A DNA stretch of 64,000 bases from Curvularia clavata (Eukaryota), in assembly GCA_023920165.1 (NCBI GenBank), contig CP089274.1, positions 62,001-126,000 of the forward strand, written 5' to 3'. Every line of letters begins with the position of its first letter. Within the stretch, counting starts at the first letter, position 1. Of the stretch, positions 59,496 to 64,000 are shown piece after piece. Made by a program: the position numbers and the translations under genes. A model generated the notes under the pieces. That model was not told the origin of the DNA. It did no database searches and worked only from the letters and a program-made list of their open reading frames with translations.

Positions 59496-62273
59496 ATGAA
59501 GACGGATTTCCAGGTGCGTGCGCATATTCTTGCACATGCCGCCCATCTGTATCGCTAACAAAAATTAGTTCTCCAACCTGCTGGGCACTGTCTACAGCAG
59601 AGGCAACCTGCTCTTCACACCCGATGGCACATGTCTGCTGTCGCCCGTAGGCAACCGGGTCACTATCTTTGACCTCGTCAAGTATGCGATAAAAAACCAG
59701 TCGTATTCTCATTGTCAAGTCGCTGACAATCTCCCAGCTCCAAATCGCATACCCTTCCCTTTTCCCACCGCAAGAACATCGTGCGCCTCGCACTTAATCC
59801 CCGAGGAAATCTTCTCCTCTCCGTCGACCAAGACGGTCGTGCAATCCTCACCAATGTTCCTCGTCGCATTGTTCTCTACCACTTTTCCTTGCGCGGAGAG
59901 GTCACCGCGCTCGCCTTCTCGCCGTCGGGTCGACATTTTGCCGTAGGCCTGGGACGACAGATTGAAGTATGGCACACACCTTCGACGCCAGATGTCGCTG
60001 AGGGCGACCTGGAGTTCGCGCCCTTTGTGCGACACCGAATTTATACCGGACATTACAATAATGTCCAGAGCATAGAATGGTCTAGCGACTCGCGCTTCTT
60101 CCTAAGCGCTTCCAAGGATATGACGGCGCGGATATGGAGTCTGGACCAGGAAGAGGGACATGCGCAGACTACGCTGAGCGGTCACCGGCAAGATGTTGTC
60201 GGCGCATGGTTCTCCAAGGACCAGGAGACTATCTATACAGTGAGCAAAGACGGTGCTCTCTTCACATGGAAGTACATGCTTCGCTACGATGCGCCTGAAG
60301 GCGCCGATGAGGATGACGACGATAATCTCCAGTGGGGCATCGCTGAGCGACACTTTTTCCACCAGAACAACGCCCATGTTACATGCGCCAGCTTTCATCC
60401 CGAGTCAAAGCTTCTCGTCACCGGCTTCTCCCACGGCATCTTCTTCATCCACGAATTACCCGACTTCGCCCAGATATCCAGCCTCAGCATATCGCAAAAC
60501 GACATCGACTACGTGGCCATCAACAAGACAGGCGAGTGGCTCGCATTCGGCGCATCCAAACTCGGACAGCTCCTAGTCTGGGAGTGGCAGTCCGAGTCGT
60601 ACATTTTGAAGCAGCAGGGACACTTTGACTCCATGAACACCATCACCTACTCTCCCGACGGTCAACGGATCATAACAGCGGCAGATGATGGAAAAATCAA
60701 GGTGTGGGATGTCAACTCGGGTTTCTGCGTCGTCACATTCACAGAGCACATGGGCGGAGTCACAGCTTGCGAGTTTGCAAAGAAGGGCAATGTCCTGTTC
60801 ACAGCCAGTCTGGACGGCTCGGTCCGCGCATGGGATCTGCATCGATACCGCAATTTCCGTACCTTTACCGCGCCGTCGAGGCTTTCTTTTTCGTCGCTAG
60901 CTGTCGACCCGAGTGGCGAGGTGGTTTGTGCCGGCTCCATCGACTCTTTCGACATACACATCTGGTCCGTTCAGACAGGGCAGTTGCTCGATCGACTTTC
61001 AGGCCACGAAGGCCCGGTCTCATCTCTGTCATTCTCCCCAGATGCAAGCACGCTAGTGAGTGGGAGCTGGGACAGGACCGTGCGCGTTTGGAACATCTTT
61101 GCCCGTACTCAGACAAGTGAGCCGCTCCAGCTCATGGCCGACGTCCTTTGCGTAGCTTTCCGCCCAGACTCGAAGCAAATAGCAGTCACAACACTCGATG
61201 GCCAGCTGACTTTCTGGAATGTCTCTGATGCTGCACAGGAGAGTGGGGTCGACGCGCGACGGGATGTATCTGGTGGGCGCAAGATGTCCGACCGACGAAC
61301 AGCAGCCAACGTCGCCGGCACAAAGGCCTTTTCGTCAGTCAGGTACAGCGCAGACGGTACTTGCGTCTTGGCGGGCGGCAACAGCAAGTACATCTGTTTG
61401 TACGATGTTCAGTCAGGTGCTTTGCTCAAGAAGCTTACCGTTTCTGTCAACCTGTCTTTGGATGGCACACAAGAGTTCTTGAACAGCAAGCTTCTCACAG
61501 AGGCTGGCCCAGAAGGCCTGATCGATGACCAGGGTGAAGCGTCAGATCTTGAGGACCGTCGGGACACTACCCTCCCTGGCGCTCAAAAAGGCATTGGCGC
61601 AAGGCGAACTCGGCCTGAAGTCCGTGTGCCAGATCTCGGCTTCTCACCCACTGGTCGCGCATTCTGTGCTGCATCGACAGAAGGCTTGCTCATTTACTCG
61701 CTTGATAACACTTTCCAGTTCGATCCATTCGATCTTGACATCAGCGTCACGCCATCTACCACTCTCGATACACTTGCACAAAAAGACTATCTCAAGGCGC
61801 TAGTAATGGCCTTCCGATTGAATGAGCGCAACCTTATCCGCCGTGTCTATGAGGCTACACCAGTCACCGACATCCCGCTCGTAGTCAAGGAACTGCCCTT
61901 TGTCTACCTTGGCCGACTACTACGTTTCGTCGCACACCAAGCCGACGAGTCCCCGCATCTGGAGTTCAACTTGGTGTGGATAGAATCATTACTCAGCAAG
62001 CACGGACGATGGATGAAGGAGCACAAGGGAGGCCTGGAAGCCGAGCTTCGAAGTGTAGAGAAGGCCGTCCGAAGGATCCAGGCCGAACTAGCCAGGTTAG
62101 CGGACGACAACATTTACCGGATTGAATATCTGCTATCTCAACCCGTGGGAAAAAAGGAAAACACAGCACTTACTATTGATTTTGGCGTTAAGGAAATAGA
62201 AAATGGGGTTGTAGATGAAGAGATGGAGGATGGCGAGAGTGAGAATGGTGAATGGCTGGGATTTGAAGAATGA
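59496..62273 (+). CDS. PWP2: Periodic tryptophan protein 2 (SSU processome UTP1)
   Basis: MKTDFQ|FSNLLGTVYSRGNL..SPVGNRV; WD40 repeats; LGQLLVWEWQSESYILKQQGH, RYRNFRTF and FDPFDLD. Confidence 0.96.
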
Positions 62274-62592
62274 TACCATTTGTACGAATACGATTATTTA
62301 CGAGCAGCTCTCGATATCTCAAAGCTTCGCATTCCCCACCCAGTGCGCAGGGGCACTTGCTTTCCTTTCCCGGCTGGAGTTACCTGATCTTTGTGAACAT
62401 GTGGAAACAGCACACCCGTTTTCGCGGCAAGGAAGTCACAATTGACCAGTGTTCACATGCGTGAGTTCAATTCTTTCAGCCAAATACTCCTGGTCCCTCT
62501 TCCAGGACCTCTTCCCAGCCAGTTTTAAATCGTTTCTCTGCCATCACTATATTGCCATACGGAGCAGCTCTTCTGCGCCACTGCCTATCGTT

Positions 62593-63774
62593 ATGGACAA
62601 CGACATAGATATGAACCTTGCGCTGCTTCGGATATTGGAGACAGAAGACCAGGGTGCAAACATGGTTTTGAACAATGTGGGATCGCTGGATTCCGTAGTC
62701 ATGGGAGCGAGATCAGATACTCCTATGCATCAGTCGCTCGAGTCTCACGCTCTCCTCACCAATCAGCCGTCTTCACCTGTGAACAGAGATGCTTCCATCA
62801 GTCCATCGCTTCAAACACTATTGGACTCCGCCGCCAATATGTCTCGATCTTTACCCAACAAGCCACGGTCTCTATCTGAATCCGATGTAAAAAAGGCAGT
62901 GAGGGATGCTTCTCTTCTGAGATCACGGCCTCCTCCAGACATCATTGTACGGGATTTTGCTTTCAACCCCTCCACTTCATCCACATCTCCGAGAGTCCAT
63001 CTTCCGACTCCAATCCTGCTTGCTCTTCGAAACCGCATCAGCCAACCCCTCTATCCAGCCAGCCGCATAGTCCCCATCCGCACGCAAGAGCTCGTCCAGC
63101 TGAAAAGCACACTCGAGCGCCTATCTATCGACTCGGCATTACCTGCGGATCTCACCCCCAAACATGTTGGAAAACACCCCATACCCTATACCATGCCCTC
63201 GGCCACCGATCTTGCCAAAATTCTGCACCCAGCCCTCGTTGAAGCCATTCAGTCCTCAACATACAACAGCCTCGTTCCCAAAGACACGCGCTGCTTCTGC
63301 TCCCTCGTCCTGTACGAGATACAGCGTCGCGTATCCGACATCCGGCTCGATATCCACGGACCAAGGGACCACGCTCACTTGCAGTTGCAACTGCGTAGTA
63401 TCCTAACTTCCAACGAGGCCGTGGCGAACAAACTCCTAGCCTTATACGGCGACGCGTTGAGGCTGCATGCGCACGCTCGCACAAATGCCCGGCCGATGCA
63501 GCTGAATTCCTAGGCGGAGATTGTCGGGATGATGGTGGAAGATGTGTTCATGTGTGGGCCACACCCTATTTTCGAGCTGGTGGACGGTGCAGATGGTCAG
63601 GGTGGCGGTGGCGGTGTTGAGGGTAATGGTGAGGGGCGAGATGAGCAGGGGAGCAGAAGAGAAGGAAGTGTAAGGACGGCGGTGACGAAGAGGGGGAAGT
63701 TGAGCAGGTTCAAGTATAAAGGGAAGAAGAGGGTGTTTCGCTCAAAGGTGACGAGGTGGGACTTTACTGCCTAG
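62593..63774 (+). CDS. Hypothetical protein interrupted by one in-frame TAG (63511-63513)
   Basis: The ORF from ATG 62593 ends at TAG 63513, and the same frame stays open to 63774 (NS*AEIVGMMVEDVFMCGPHPIFELV...). Confidence 0.6.
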
Positions 63775-64000
63775 GCGTTGTGGCGGAGAGTCATTATTCC
63801 AGGGTAGGACTTGATGTTTGAGGTGTATTGGCTGAAGGTGCTTCGCGATTTGAGGTCTTTCGTTGCATAGGATGTTGCGTCGTCTATGGTATTGCGTCAC
63901 TGCTGGTACATCACTTAGTTTTAAGAAACCAAATGAGCGGCGCATGCTCTTTTTGTAAGTGCTTTTTTAGTTCGGTGCGCCGGTGATATGCATTTGTGCA

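Noticed and set aside
59020..59793. 257-aa - strand ORF
   Set aside because: Overlaps the CDC12/PWP2 promoter and first exons; non-ATG start and no motifs.
1..64000. CRISPR array, rRNA/tRNA genes, transposase, Starship captain or PKS/NRPS backbone gene
   Set aside because: No repeat-spacer array, structural RNA signature or catalytic motif for any of these was seen.

Overview
Eukaryotic DNA from a filamentous ascomycete: many short GT-AG introns with CTRAC-type branch sites, Zn2Cys6 transcription factors, a septin and a cellobiose dehydrogenase. The gene complement suggests a Dothideomycete/Pleosporales-like fungus (inference). The window has two halves. About 1-41.5 kb looks accessory and holds small catabolic or detoxification modules: a DmpA peptidase; a SnoaL/NTF2-like enzyme with an MFS and a Zn2Cys6 TF; an APC permease; an ACS-type MFS with a LigI-like amidohydrolase; a GNAT; a Cys-less isochorismatase-like hydrolase with a Zn2Cys6 TF and a DHA1 MFS; and a GH115. 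It also contains unknown proteins, at least three decayed genes and TpA-rich spacers. About 41.9-64 kb is mostly core housekeeping (TRM61, CysRS, MCH-type MFS, CDH, CDC12 septin, PWP2). The best leads are two candidate TF-regulated mini-clusters with repeated CGG promoter motifs, a gene interrupted by a single in-frame TAG where Trp would fit, an MFS pseudogene missed by the ORF track, and an intact unknown 240-aa protein with a possible N-myristoylation start. No rRNA, tRNA, CRISPR array or intact transposase/recombinase was recognised. Exon boundaries were read by eye and family calls come from recognised motifs, not database searches.
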